Assembly (NCBI GenBank): GCA_001938485.1
Contig: MQRK01211111.1
Coordinates: 1 to 55,115, forward strand
DNA from: Girardia tigrina
Taxonomy: Eukaryota
Length of the DNA stretch: 55,115 bases
Direction of reading: 5' to 3'
Shown piece after piece: positions 23,868 through 37,553 of the stretch (position 1 is the stretch's first letter; the number at the start of each line of letters is the position of its first letter). Position numbers and translations under genes: made by a program. The notes beneath the pieces are model-generated. The model was not told the origin of the DNA, did no database searches, and was given only the letters and a program-made list of their open reading frames with translations.

Positions 23868-26800
23868 AAATCTAAATGTTATGTATATATTGCATACAGA
23901 TAAATATCTATAATATATAATGAAGAAAAATAATTAATCTAAGAAATCGCAGATTAATAAATCTTCTTTGATTATAATAACAAACTTTAATTTTATTTTA
24001 ATCAAAACTTTACTTTAAATATTTCGATATAGTGTTTTCTTTATCTATCCCTTCTTCTTCATGTTGATTTTCTTTAAACCTTTTAGTATGACCAAAATAA
24101 CTGTTTTCCTTCACACAACTTGTTCTCTTGTTGTATTAATGTACTCAGTATTAATTTCATAACATATACTATTGCATGATCCATATATTCTTGTTAAATA
24201 TTTATTATTAACTCAATATATATAGAATATAAATATAAAAAATAAATCAATAAATTTTTAAATATATCTTAATTGCTCACAAATTATAAATATACTAAGC
24301 ACATTTAAAACGTTATGTATTTTATTTTATTTAAATTAATATCACTTGTATAATACAAATAAAAAATAAGATTTAATAACATCTTATAACAAAATATAAA
24401 AATAAATTGATCAATCGAAATTTCAGTTTTATTTAAAGTTGATAAAACTTATAAAAATATCATTTAAAAAAACACTCGAAAAGTAACATTTATTTTTTTT
24501 ACCATTAAAAACATATTTAATTTATAAAATCAAATTAAATAAAGGCAATATTTTAGATATATCGGTTATTTTAATATTGTATTCTAGGTTCTTTAAAAAA
24601 TGTATTAATATATATCAAAACATTCAAATGTTGCTGTTAAGTTTTATGGATGTTTTGTGACATTCGTAATCTTTTATTAAATATCTCAAAAACTCTGAAA
24701 AATACTTGTTTCTCAAAGACAATTTTCGTTGATGTATTTCAAAGAAATATTTATTTTTATGAAAATAATAAAACGAAAACGAAAATAATTATAATTTTTC
24801 AATGATAGGAATAAAAAATAAATTTCCCTATCATCAAAATAAAACAGTAAAACAAGAAATGTATTTGGCAAAGACAATCCAAGATTTGATAGGAATCTCC
24901 ACATCGATTCCCTAATTTCTGGGGAGTAGCCAATGGAAAGAGCGAGTCGTGATCAGCCAGCAACGCTATTCGCCTTCGTAACATATTTCGATCAAGACTC
25001 ATTGACGGAACAAGAACGACAACAACAACGACACCAACAACATCAACAACAAAAATAACAACAACAACAAGGGAGATGGATTGGCCAACAGATTCAACGA
25101 TGGCCTGACAGAATCTGATGCTTCAATACATATAAATAATTAATTATTCCATCATAACTACTGACGAAGTTATCATTTAGATAATTTCAGGCTTATTACA
25201 GAGATTTATTGTGAGTCTTCGCAAAATATCAATCGATAATAACAGGTTTCTTTTTAGCAACAAAAAATATTAATGATTATTTGAAAACGATATTTTTTCT
25301 CTCTTTATTTTCAAATTAAAAAAATTAATTGCTTTGAAAAGTTTTAAAATATTAAATTAATAAATTTAACAAATATATATATATATATATATTTATTTCA
25401 TGAAATATTTTTTTTATTATAAATATTGTACATATAATATAATTGAAAAATATTTTTTTTAAAAATCGATAAAAAGAAGAATATTTTTAAGATTAAAGAA
25501 ATGCAATAAATAAAACAAAAAATACCTTATGTTTTTTTAAGAAAAAAGAATTTTTAGAAGTTATTTTTTATTAAATAGAAAAAATATGTTTCATAAAAAA
25601 GTTTTCGTTTTTTACGTCGTGTTTTAAACTTTTAATATTTATAAAATACTTTCGTAGTATTTTTCTTCAAATGTTTTACAATTAAATCGCAAATTTCCTA
25701 AATACATAAATAAAATATTTTTCTGTTTTATTTATTTTTTCTTAAGAAAATCAATATATAATAATATTAAACGTTATGTTTTAATTCGTTGTTTTAATTA
25801 ACCACTGAAATCGTTTCATTATTTTGTGATAATTTTCGAAATGAGAAACTTTATTTTTTTCTGTTTTTTGTTAATAATATATTACATTATATATAATCCT
25901 TACAAGTCAAAGTTCTCTAACTTTAAATCTGATAATTTATGGGGGACCGGAAATTATTTTTTTAATTAAATACCTTACATTTTAAAATAATATAAAAATA
26001 TATTTAATAAATTTATTTTTATTGGAAAAAGTCATTCGTAATAAACTAATAAATAAATAAAGGCGGTAATATACAATAATAATCTTTTAATAACGATCAA
26101 ATAATGGAGCAATTGTCTTTTGTACTCATCAATGTTTACAAATAAACATAATATTTATTAATTATTTATACATTGTTCAATATTAAATAATTGTTTTTCA
26201 TGGATGTCTTTCAGAATTGAATTTCTTAAATGAAAAAGAGAAATTTAACGTTTTAAAAATATTTTATAAAAAAACCTTTTTATAATGATCATTTTGTATT
26301 TGCTATTAAAAGCAAAAACCAATTAAGGTAAATCAAATTTTATTTAACAAAAGATTAAATTTATAATTTAAAGATTAATTTTTAAATATTCGTAAAATTA
26401 TGTATTTAGTTTAATACATAAATAAATTATTTATAATAATTGAAGATTGCGGAGGTAATTTTGTAAATTGAACGAAATATTTTATAAAAATCATAGAATA
26501 AACTTGAAAAAAATAAGTTTTGTCTTTTTTTCTTTCCTGAAAGTAATTTTATATTTTGATGAATTAATTTTTTTGTAGAGGGTAACCGTTAAAGCATTTG
26601 GTAGTTCCATGGAATCCCAAAACTTACTGAGCCTACATTTGTAATTTAAATTTAGTAAATACTACTTGGATGAAAGAATAATTTTGAAAATATATGAGTG
26701 AATTTGTTTTACATACCTTACAACTGTTTCTATCACATGTAAGTTAAAATTGTTAAGAAACATTAATATTTATTAATTTAATTCATTGCTAAATAAATCA

Positions 26801-27211
26801 AAATATCTATTAAGAACATTTAAACAAGTCCCGTTTAAATCTTTATTGCAATTACATTTAGAGTCATTAAGACTCTCAGAAGGTCTTTCATCGTTTGTCA
26901 TCGTTCTAATTGGTTTTCTTAATTATGTTTTTAATCACGATTATTCGAACATTTTTTCTAAATTATTTTTTAAAATATTTAACCTCTAAAAAATATTAAT
27001 TAAAAATATTAATTTTTACCATTTTTCAATAAATCCCAAAATAATAAAAATGACATCAAATTATTAAAAATGCATTTCATTTAAATTTTACTAAAAATTA
27101 TTAAACTTAAATTTAATTCTGAAATTAAAGATATGAACTTATAAAATAATTATTTTAATTATGTTCGAATAGTCAATCACTTTAAACTTAATAAAAAAAA
27201 AATACCAATTT

Positions 27212-27314
27212 CCATCTGGGTGGGAAAATCACCATTCTAAATTTAACATACTTAAATCAACATACAGCACCCATACATTTACACATTCAAACAATGCAAA
27301 ATATTCCTCACAAT
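27212..27314 (+). repeat. Short dispersed repeat family, copy B
   Basis: CCATCTGGG...AATCACCATTCTAA...AAATCAACATAC...CATTCAAACAA...AATATTCCTCACAAT. Confidence 0.7.
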
Positions 27315-27509
27315 ATCTTCAATTTTTTAGGTAATGAGTAGCTCTATACCAATTTCAAATGAGAAGCGTGCCCGACTTTACTCTCTAACATGAGATTATT
27401 CATGCTGATTTCACATTTTACTGCAAGGGATAAAAACTTTTGGCCACTATTGGACTTTCAAGAAGAAATTTTATATAATTTGATTTAATAAAATTGTTTC
27501 ATAAAGATC

Positions 27510-27760
27510 TTGCAACATAAAATTATATTTCAAAAATTATTGGGAAGGAGTCTCGTGTGAGGCATTAATAATTAATGTCCAATCAAGTGACTCATTAACT
27601 TTATTGAAAGTTTTTTCGTGAAACAGTAATTACATAGTTGTTTGCGTAACCATATCATATATAAGCTTAACAGCTACAATTAGAATTACCTGATGATGAC
27701 GCATATTCCATCGATATATATTGCTCTAATAAAAAATTTTTTTACTAATTTTCCATCTTT
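27510..27760 (+). mobile_element. Penelope-like element 3' fragment
   Basis: FKNYWEGVSCEALI-INVQSSDSLTLLKVFS*, then TATATAAG (27658), a degenerate hammerhead and AATAAA. Confidence 0.8.
27688..27724 (+). ncRNA. Degenerate hammerhead ribozyme
   Basis: AC-CTGATGA-T-GACGCATATTCCATC-GAtA-TATA-TT-GC; GAAA is mutated to GATA and stem II is mismatched. Confidence 0.65.
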
Positions 27761-29505
27761 AATAATTGCTGAAAAAGTGTTTAAAGACGACAAACTTAAG
27801 ATGTAAGACTTTCATCGTTTATACAGAACTGAAGAAAACTTTGCATGAAAGATTTAATAATATCCTTTTTCATTTATAGATTTCTTTTAGATTGAATTTC
27901 ATTTAGACTTTGGTGCCAAATAATTTTTGTTGAAGAAAATATTGGGAAAAAATTAAATAATAAAATGAATTCAATTTATTTTAATATTTTAACTAAAAGG
28001 GTATAATTAGGACTTAATAAACTTTGTAAAATTTTATTAAGAATTACAAATACCTCAGACGTTGTATAATTATAACCTCAGAATTATTTTCGTTGGTATC
28101 TGAGTGTAAATAGGAAAGAATTATAAAAAGACATCTGGTAATTGTAAAAGGAGACTGTACATTTTAGAAAGAATATTAAAGAGCTAACACAATGCGATCG
28201 CAAGTCGATATTATTTTAGTACCCGAAGTAAATGTATGATCCTGTTCAGATACTACATAGGATAATTTATTTATTATAATTTTAAATAACGTCTAAGAAT
28301 ACCTTCATGTTTTATACATAACTCAGGATCTTTCATTGGTTAATTTATCAGATGACGTTAATGAAATAAAATAAATTGTGAGCAAGTTATCTTTTCAATG
28401 TTATTAAAAAGATGAATAATATATATGCTAAAGTAAGCTAACCGATGTACCCTAATTTAGTGACCGGTGAATCTACATTTAATAAGAAAAAATAAATAAA
28501 TAAAGATAATATAATAAAGTTGTATTGAAACATACAAACTATAAAGCAAAAGATTTTGTAGGAATTTAAAATTGATTATTTGGGCGGGTAAATCGACAAT
28601 TATTCTGAGATTGTTATTTTTAGGTTAGGTTGATAGAAAGATAGAAATAGTTTTTCGATTGGTACTTGAAAAATATAAATTTGGACAATAGTGAGAATGT
28701 TGGAAACGAGATTCAGTTGAAATACATAATCGTTCTCGGGAATATATTACTTTTTGTTACTCTTCCAAATGTTGTGATGTTGGCAAATTGGTTATAATCG
28801 CTCTTAAATTACATAATAATTATTCAATCAATTTTTTATTGATTTTTATATTTATCATATATTACATTATAAATACATATATATAATTACTACACTATAT
28901 TATTTTGAAGAAATAAACAGTAATAATGTAAATGTAATAAATGCCAATAAATAATAAAAAAAATTATAATGAAATAATTATAGTTTAAAAAAATTTATTT
29001 CGGGTGTTTGAAATTTTTTTAAATAAAGAAAGATGTATAAAAGCCAAAAATAAATAATTATTTAAGAACTAATCGCCCAAATATCTCTTATTTCTTCATT
29101 TTAACTCTTCTTAGGTATTTTAAACTTCATAAAATTAACACCGTACGTCGTGTTAAAATAATTTGTTAAAAAAATTAATTTCGTCCTATTTTATACATAT
29201 CTCAGACACTTATCTCTGCCAAAAAAAACAAATTCCTATTGCTATTTGGAATTAATTTAAAATAAATTCCTAGAAAAATTAATTAATTTAAAAGTTAAAT
29301 TACATTAATTAGTATTTTTTTAAGGAAAACTAATTTAAATTATTTTTAACAAAAAGACTTTTGAATATATTTTTTAAAAAGAAAATGAAATTTCATTTCA
29401 AATTAACAGATTAATTAACTAAAAAATATTATGATGTGAACTTTTTTTCCTACTTTACATTTATTATTATGAAATACTTTACTAGTTAAAAAAATATAAT
29501 AATCA

Positions 29506-29830
29506 TCATACATGTTTGTTGCGTCATCGGCAGTAAATATATTGTGTTTCATAAAAAATATAAAATAAAGATATTTGTAGAAAATTTAATTTACATATTA
29601 ATAGCGGCCTTAATTTACCCATTTGAAATATTGATTAATGAGATGTGGTGTCTAATAAATAATGATTCACTGAACTGCCGCTCGTAATGTGAAGCGAAAC
29701 TCTTTTATAGAAAGGAAATTTCGTCCTTTGAAACAGAAGATTGTCTATTCATGTAATGTAACCAATAATTAAGATCCTTACACGAATTATCACTTCTTCG
29801 AATTTTGAAAGATGGTTTGTCTTTTAATGA
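29506..29830 (-). mobile_element. Penelope-like GIY-YIG C-terminal remnant with eroded hammerhead
   Basis: SFASHYERQFSESLFIRHHISLINIS is homologous at DNA level to 37660-37742. Downstream ATTTACTG-CcGATGA-CGC..AAACATGTA (29506-29534) resembles the 23767 hammerhead. Confidence 0.6.
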
Positions 29831-31289
29831 CAGCTTCCTTGACTGTACGGATAATAGCATAGGCTGCATTAGCGCAATTCGTATTGAATCGTGCAAACTG
29901 TATCGGCTAGACACCATAAATACACAAGAATATTCAGATCCTCTCACCAAAGCTTCAGATGTGAGAGTGCTAGCTTTCAGTGCAAGGATACATTTTGACT
30001 TAATTCTTAAGAATGATAATTTATATTCAGGATTGTGTTGAGACTAAGCTGTTGAAAAACGTCTAGAATATTGTAAAAAGAGACAATTGAATATCCTTTG
30101 ATCCCTTATATTTTCCAGCCGGAAAACTAATATTTCTCTCGTAATCACATTTTGGTCACTCACATGGGTGTTATCCACACATCTTACTTGTACTGATACA
30201 CCTTACAAGCACATACCATTCAGAGACAAAACTATAGGATCTGAGGCAAAATCAATAAAATTTATTAGCCAGATTAGCTTGCAATCTACAAATCGTTCTC
30301 TATTTATTAGAAGGAAACTTTGTATTTGTGATAAAATTAAAACCACTTTGACTTAGCAAAAATATCAAATTAGCGTTCGCAACACACTATATCTTATGTT
30401 TATATATTTACAAATTAATTATTTACATTATAAAAATTATTATTTTCGTTTACTATGTAATAAGAAATGATCTAAAAAGATTCCAAAATTGCGAAGGGAG
30501 AAAGCTCAGAAATGTAGAAATTGATTAACAAGACGGGAATTACTGCAATTAATTTCTCTATTTCCACTAACAAATCTGTTTTATTTTTTAATTATCCGTG
30601 AAGACATATTCGGATATTTTTCCCAGAAAACCGTTTATGGAAAATTATAATGATAGAATGGAATAAAAGATATTTATTATCAGACATGATTTTAACAGAA
30701 ATTATTCGCTTCATTTCCTTAGAAATATTATAAATAATTTTATAAATAATTTTTTAAACTATTTCTCACACATTTTCCAAATGTCATATTTTAGTTTGGT
30801 TTGAGATTTTTTTGAAATTAATTTTTCGATTTTATTTTTTTTAATATTATATTCAAGTTTCAATGTAAATTTTCAGAAAATAATAATGATAATAATAATA
30901 ATATCACATTTCGAAATTTTTTAACGTAATAAATTCATCTAAAATTGTAATTAAATAAATACTAAATTAAGTATAACTAAAGAAGCTGTTGATGATACAT
31001 TAAAAATTTAACTTTTAATTTTTAAAATAATTAGCATCATCAGAAAAACAAAATAATGGTCTCCATGTTAAACTTTCAAATTATATGTATTGAAAATGGT
31101 ATTAGCAAAGCGTGATCAGTTATGTGTCTGCGGCACTGTAGCGCCAGTCGGGTGTCCCAGGGTAGTGGCGGAATGACTTTATTTTTTATCACCGTTATTC
31201 ATTTCAATCTTGATCGTATAATCTCGCTATCTTTATAATATTGAATTTCAAGACCCGTTCTATTGAATCAAAATATTGTGTCTGCATGA

Positions 31290-31420
31290 AAATTGAATGA
31301 GTAGTATCATACAAATGCTTCGAAATCTGTGATGCCATCCGCCAAAGACACAATTAACGTTCGGTTTTCGAATGATAATAATTATTTAAATAATCCAGAT
31401 TTGCGACAGAAACCACATTG
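31290..31420 (-). mobile_element. Possible Mutator-like (MULE) transposase remnant
   Basis: Fragments SQIW...NRT...GWHHRFRSI resemble the MULE W..RTNN..EGWH..F motif; heavily degraded. Confidence 0.3.
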
Positions 31421-32034
31421 CTTTGCTTGTCCCTTTCTTTTATTTCATTAACTTGACTACAATTCGACTTAGAGACATTTCTATAGCTTATTATTGGAAA
31501 ACACATAACAAAGTCGATAACATTCAATGGAACCCATGTATAGATTATTAGAAAACATTACTCTCAATTCGATTGTTATCATTTAATCATACAAATTTCT
31601 CCTTTATTTGTCGTCTGTAAAATTTTTAATGATCGATTCATTAAAATTGTTTTGATAAGTCCACGAATTCAGAAAATTACCAAAGGAATCGTTTTCAGAA
31701 TCAGAGTACATGAATGTAAATCAGTAATTCAAATGAAAAATATACACCAAAATTTAAATTTCTCAATAAATATATTTTGTTTTCAGTTTTTTTACCACTT
31801 TAACAAAATTTAAAACCTTTTTTTCGACCGAGATGCTGTATAACTATGTTCCGAATTTCCACAGTCACAAAAATAACAAATCTTCAAGCTATTCTCTTTC
31901 CAAAAACTAGTAAACGAATTCACAATCCTCAAATCATTTTCTATGCGATAATGAATCCAATCAACTTAAATCAGTCAAACTCGCGGTTCACAAAATTCAA
32001 TCATAATTTCAATTAAACGAAACTCAAAATTCTG

Positions 32035-32296
32035 ATGATTACAAAATCAATTATGCAATTACTGTTTCACGTAAAAGATTTTAATACAGTTGATGAGTCA
32101 CTTAATTGGACATTAATTGGTTGCATGAAACATTAATTACGTAATTGATTGCACAATCATCATTTTAACATATATAAGCTTAGCAGCTACAGTCACAATC
32201 GCCTGATGATGACGAAAATTCCATCGAAATATATTGCTCTAATAAAAAATTGTATTTTAAAATGGCGTCCTTAATTTTTAAAAAACGATTGCCATT
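32035..32296 (+). mobile_element. Solo PLE tail with 5' inverted segment
   Basis: 32035-32118 is the reverse complement of the ORF end and UTR seen at 27570-27650. 32119-32296 is the direct tail with TATATAAG (32171), hammerhead, AATAAA, AAAATGGCG and TTGCCATT. Confidence 0.85.
32201..32237 (+). ncRNA. Minimal hammerhead ribozyme, core intact, stem II weakened
   Basis: GC-CTGATGA-T-GACGAAAATTCCATC-GAAA-TATA-TT-GC. Confidence 0.7.
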
Positions 32297-33295
32297 GTTT
32301 TTTTTAAATTTATCAGTATTTTTTATGTATCAATTTTTTAAGTACATTTTTAATTGGTTTTTTTATTTATTACTTTTTAAATTAATATTTTTTAATTAAT
32401 ATTTTTATATTTAATTATTTAATAATTTTTTATATATGAAGAATATTTCAATAATTCTCAGAAAATCTGTGATAATAAAATGTCAACTGAAAAAAAATAC
32501 ATCTCCAAAGTCAATAATATAGAAAGTATTTCATAAAATATCTGGGAAAAATTACACTCTTGCATTGTTCATGATTATTTTCGAATTGTAATTCTTACAA
32601 AAATTAAAATTTACATTTAAACTTCGGATTTATCAGATATTCTGTTCGTATAATCAATTACTTGTTTCCACAGGCTGGAAATTATAATATCGTATTCTGA
32701 TATGTAACAATTGTTTTACATCTGTTTGAATCCATTCATTCACAAATCAAGTCAATATTTTTTGTATCCTTTTACAATTCTAAAACTGATTTTTGAACAT
32801 TTATCTAGTGAGATAATGTTACCTATGATTTTTTCTTCTTAAAGAGAGAAGAGTAGCTACCATGAGCCATAGTTTCTGACCCTTGATAAAGCTACCATTT
32901 ATGCAATAAATAAGCTTTGAAACTTAGCTAAGAAACAAATGGATGAAGTGATCTCATTTGTAGTAAAAAAAGGCCAAAATCTTCTCTTCAGATGGTATAC
33001 AAAAGATTCTCCACAATAATCTTTCACAACATTACAGTGTAAGGGTATTCAATGGATGAGACCTCGTATAGGCATACCCCTTGTCATATCGTGTCGATGG
33101 GAATAAGTTCTAATTTTAGTATAAGAACAAATGTGATAAAAACCGTCATCTAAAACACACATCTGACTTCAACATGGCCTAATGAAACCATTGTTGTGGT
33201 TCAGTAAATCTTTTGAGCTGAATTTGATTAGCATTAAGTTGTTGTATTGTATTAGGTTGTATTAGGTTGAAGTATTTCTATTGGGGGGGGGGAAA

Positions 33296-34092
33296 TGTCA
33301 AGATGTTTGAAAAAGTGATAATCAGTAGGCGAGATGTCATGTGAGTATGGTGAATGACTCAAAGTATCGTAGCCAAGTTCATTCAACCGTTGTATTGTCA
33401 GACGTGCTATCGATGGCCGAGCGTTGTCGTGGAGAAGAATAGGCTTCTTCTTATTGACTAATGGTGGTTGTTGTTGTTAGAATTTCTGTTTCATTTTGAC
33501 AATTTCATGACAGTATCTCTCTGCTGTAATTTTTTCTCCTGGATTAAGGAAGCTATGATGAATAACATCGGCTACAGACCTCCATACAGTCACCATCATC
33601 ATTTTTGGTACATTTTCAGCCTCGGAAAGGGTTGCGGATCGTGGTCCAACCATTGAGAAGAACGTCTCCGATTGTCGTAGAGACTTTTTATCACATGCTA
33701 CAATTCGGTCCAGAAACGGATCATTCTTCTTCCACAGAAGAAGTGAATACGATGCCTCAAAACTATACATCTTTTGATTGTCCTTTAATTTGTATAGAAT
33801 CCATTTATCCAGTTTTTTCGACTTACCAATGTAACGCAGATGGTTTGAAATTGTTCCTGTCGTGACATCTAGTTCATCCGCAAGCTCTCGAACTGTTGTG
33901 TGTGGATTTGCTTCTCCTAGAGCATTCACATTTTCAAATTCAATAGCAGGTTTCCGTCCACGGCCATCATCATCTTTGAGGGTCTCATCTTTTTCTTGAA
34001 ATATTTTGAAACAACGTTGTAACATACGTTCGTTTATGGTTCCATCGCCCAATGCATCGTTGATATGACGGGTGGCCTCCGATGCTTTTTGG
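33296..34092 (-). mobile_element. Mariner transposase fossil (Hsmar1/cecropia-like)
   Basis: GDGTINER...GRGRKP...NPHTTVRELA...IGKSKKLDKWI...FLDRIVACDKK...MMVTVW...PGEKITAERYC, continuing after a frameshift as PILLHDNARP...SPYSHDISPTDYHFFKHLD. Confidence 0.9.
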
Positions 34093-35729
34093 TTTCATAT
34101 AATAAATTTAAAATTTAAACAATGTATCATAGAAATATAGAGCTTTTCATAAGCTTTAAAATTATGCATAAAACATAAATAAATGAAAAAGATTTATTTG
34201 AAAACATGATCAAAAATCAGGACCATTCAAAAAACGACATTATTTTTTAAACAAACTAATAAATGTAGGAGAAACTGGAAGGAAAATGTGGCAGTGAAGC
34301 GATTGAGAAAGAAATTAAGAAAGTCCTTTTTTTCAAGACTATGCAAAACGACCAGATTAATATTTGTTGGTGGATCATTATTTGTATATAAAATTTTACG
34401 ATAGTTTACCGCCAAATATTAACGAAATTGTAATGAAACGAGTGTAAATATTTATTTTCAAATAATTTTACATCTTAACCTTAGACAATTTATTAAACAT
34501 CTATAATTGGAATTGAAATATATAATAATTTTAGTATTATAATTTAACTGGCGTTCTTTTCAGTTTTGGAAAAAAAGGATTGCAATGCACCCGGATCCAT
34601 TGGGGCGCGCTCACCTCGGAGATAATTATTGTTATTTGTTGAGATTCCCTCTCATCTTTTCTTGTCAACGGGTAAATTGAATTGAAAACTTTGTTTTAAA
34701 TGAATTCATGCCCATTTTATTTTTGACCACCAGCACATCAGTATAAATTGCGTGTTTCAGTTTCCGATATATGAGACTATTTGTCTTATTAATCTGATAC
34801 TTGCCACTGAGGATTTCGAGGAGTTGCCGGGCAAATGGAACCCATTCACTCGTAATTTGTCCAGTTCCAAAACCGCATGCATAAATGATTTTCAATTTCA
34901 CAATTTTTATTTAACAATAGTCAATAATCAATATTCACTTTGATAATATTGGGAGAATATTCCGGTCGACGTCTGTGCAATTCCAATTTGAAGGATTTGC
35001 AAGAAATCTTCATTTAAATTCATATTGTGTAATAAAATTCAAATTTATATTGTGCAAAATGTTAAAAGTAATGATAGTTGTAAAATAACCTCACGGAGTC
35101 GCGCCGATCAGTAAGCCCACTTTAACTAAGTAAATAATAAATAAAAAATGCGGATATTTTAACTATTATATTATAATAACTTATTTAAACAGGAAGAAGA
35201 ATTAATTGTTGGAAGATCGCAAAAATGAGAGATTGTCAGAAAGAGCAAATAATGAATTGATAAGTTACTCTCGACAGTACTTGGAATGTTCAATAGCAGA
35301 AAACTTGCGATATTCTGTAAATGGTCAATTGAATAGTATTATATGTGGTTGAAATTGCGATTATAAAATATCGTTCTAAATATTGTTGATGACAATTTTC
35401 TATTAGGTAATGGATTTATTCTGACACGAAAATCATTTATGAAAATCATCACGAAAATTATTTTACTGGTATACAATGATGAATAATATACTGATAATAT
35501 AATTTATATTAAAACATTTGTTAGGTTAAAAAAAATCTTGCTATGTTATTTTGAAACCCTAAATTCCACATCATATTTACCAATATACCTTATAACTGTC
35601 TCGTTGACTGAAATAATAACAATGTGTAATAGTTGTACGATATACTTTTTTATGTTATTAATAAACTTTTTATTATTTTAGTCTTTTGAAAGCTAAGGTA
35701 TCGTATTTTATTCTTATCATATTCTGATC

Positions 35730-35732
<3 letters not shown>

Positions 35733-35766
<34 letters not shown>
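35733..35766. repeat. (TA)n microsatellite
   Basis: Perfect TA run. Confidence 0.95.
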
Positions 35767-35768
<2 letters not shown>

Positions 35769-35830
35769 ATAAATATAAAAATAATAATATTTAGCATTAT
35801 ATCCCTATAAAATGTTCAAGTTGAATAATA

Positions 35831-35912
35831 ATTGTGAGGGATAATTGTGAATGTTGTTAGTTTGTTGTTTGTATGCTGTTTAGATTTATGACTCTCCTAC
35901 TCAGATGGGATT
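35831..35912 (-). repeat. Short dispersed repeat family, diverged copy C
   Basis: Minus strand CCCATCTGAG...AAATCTAAACAGCATACAAAC...CATTCACAATTATCCCTCACAAT. Confidence 0.5.
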
Positions 35913-37489
35913 GATATGTTTATTGATTGATTATTTGAATCTAATGAAAGTAATTTAATGATATTAATTTTAAGTACTAATTAATTAAAGTTTGATAATT
36001 ATGAATTTTAATAATATTTTCAGTAAATGATTTTAACTTATTAAATTAAATATATTTTAAAAATTAATGTTTATTTAAAAAATTACATGTCTTTTTATCC
36101 AATAAAATTATGAGAAATTAAAATGTAATATTAAAATTTCCCATTCATTGTTTTTTTCATATTTGAATATGTAATCAAAAACTATATCAATCAAAGAAAG
36201 ATGACCTCTGAAAATTGTTGTGAAGAATCTGTTTGTGTAAATAAAAGTTTGCATTCAAATTTCGATTGCATTTTTTTTGTTTGCATTCAAAATTTTTTGT
36301 TGTTAATAATAATCTTAGATCTATTTTGGTAATAGACAATGGAATGATGTAAACTCACAAGTAAGAAATTGGTATTCAAATCTAACTATTTATCCTGTCA
36401 TTCTATGTTTGAATATTTTGTGATCAGAAACATTGAAGGTTTCCTTTTTGTATGTGATAATAATCCTATGATAATATGATAATAATCCTATCTCCCCAAT
36501 AACAAGTCGTGGCGCTCAAAATGGCAAAGTGAAGTTGCTAATGTTATTCTTGAGAGGCTTTATATCTTCATCCCACATAAATTTTATTTGTGATTGTTAT
36601 CAATTTAACTCTTTCTTTTATTTAATTATTTTTGTAAATATATTATTTTTTTAACTTATTATCATCATATATTTACTTATTTTATCTACGATTAAGCTCA
36701 CAAAAATATTTTCATTGACTTGCTCAAACGTAAATAAATACTCAAACAAAATAATACTTAAATTATATTTTTTCAGTCTTAAGTATTGTAATTAGATATA
36801 AATATAAGCGAACAAAAATGTCTTGATTAATTTATTATTTATACGCCTACTTTGGTAACCATTACGATATATAAATATGAGATGCATGAATTTCTAAATA
36901 ATTAAATTTAATAATAAACTATCCATTATGAATCATCGAAATAATTAATTAAATGAGAATTATTAAAAAAACTCAGTTGAAACAAACAAATGTTTGATAC
37001 AGAAAATTATTAAAAAAAGTATTATAAATGTTTTTTTAATTATTTATTAAATTAATTTTCTCATCAATATTTTATCAATAATCAAAAAGAAATATTTTCT
37101 TTTAACAGAATTTATTTGAATATTGAAATTTAAATAAAAAATTGCATAAATTAAATTGATTTTTGTTGAATGAAATTAAAGCAATCGAGGGGGGTGGTTA
37201 ATCCCCATCAAATCTTGTTCCTTATCGACCGGATTAGGGTAGGGCTGTTTATATTATATATTTCCATATAAAATAAACAACGAATTTAATTTTTCGTAGA
37301 AATTCGTTCTGTATTAAGATACATTAAATATGAAAACATATTAAATTACCGTCAGAATATTATTACAAAATTATATTTTTTCATTTAATATATTATTTTT
37401 TATTGTTTATTTAATAAACGACTACTTGAAATTTCTTATTTAAATAAAATAAATTAAACATATTTCTTAAATATAAATTTAATACATAT

Positions 37490-37501
37490 ATAAGTAATAA
37501 G

Positions 37502-37553
<52 letters not shown>

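Noticed and set aside
25161-25190. CTGACGA plus 6-bp stem as a hammerhead
   Set aside because: The stem is followed by TTCAG, not GAAA; it is a simple inverted repeat.
29830-30356. ORFs 29805-30041 and 30168-30356 as host exons or LINE RT
   Set aside because: No convincing motifs on either strand; probably a decayed repeat that I cannot assign.
32850-33200. Moderate-GC block next to the mariner
   Set aside because: No recognisable motif in any frame I examined.
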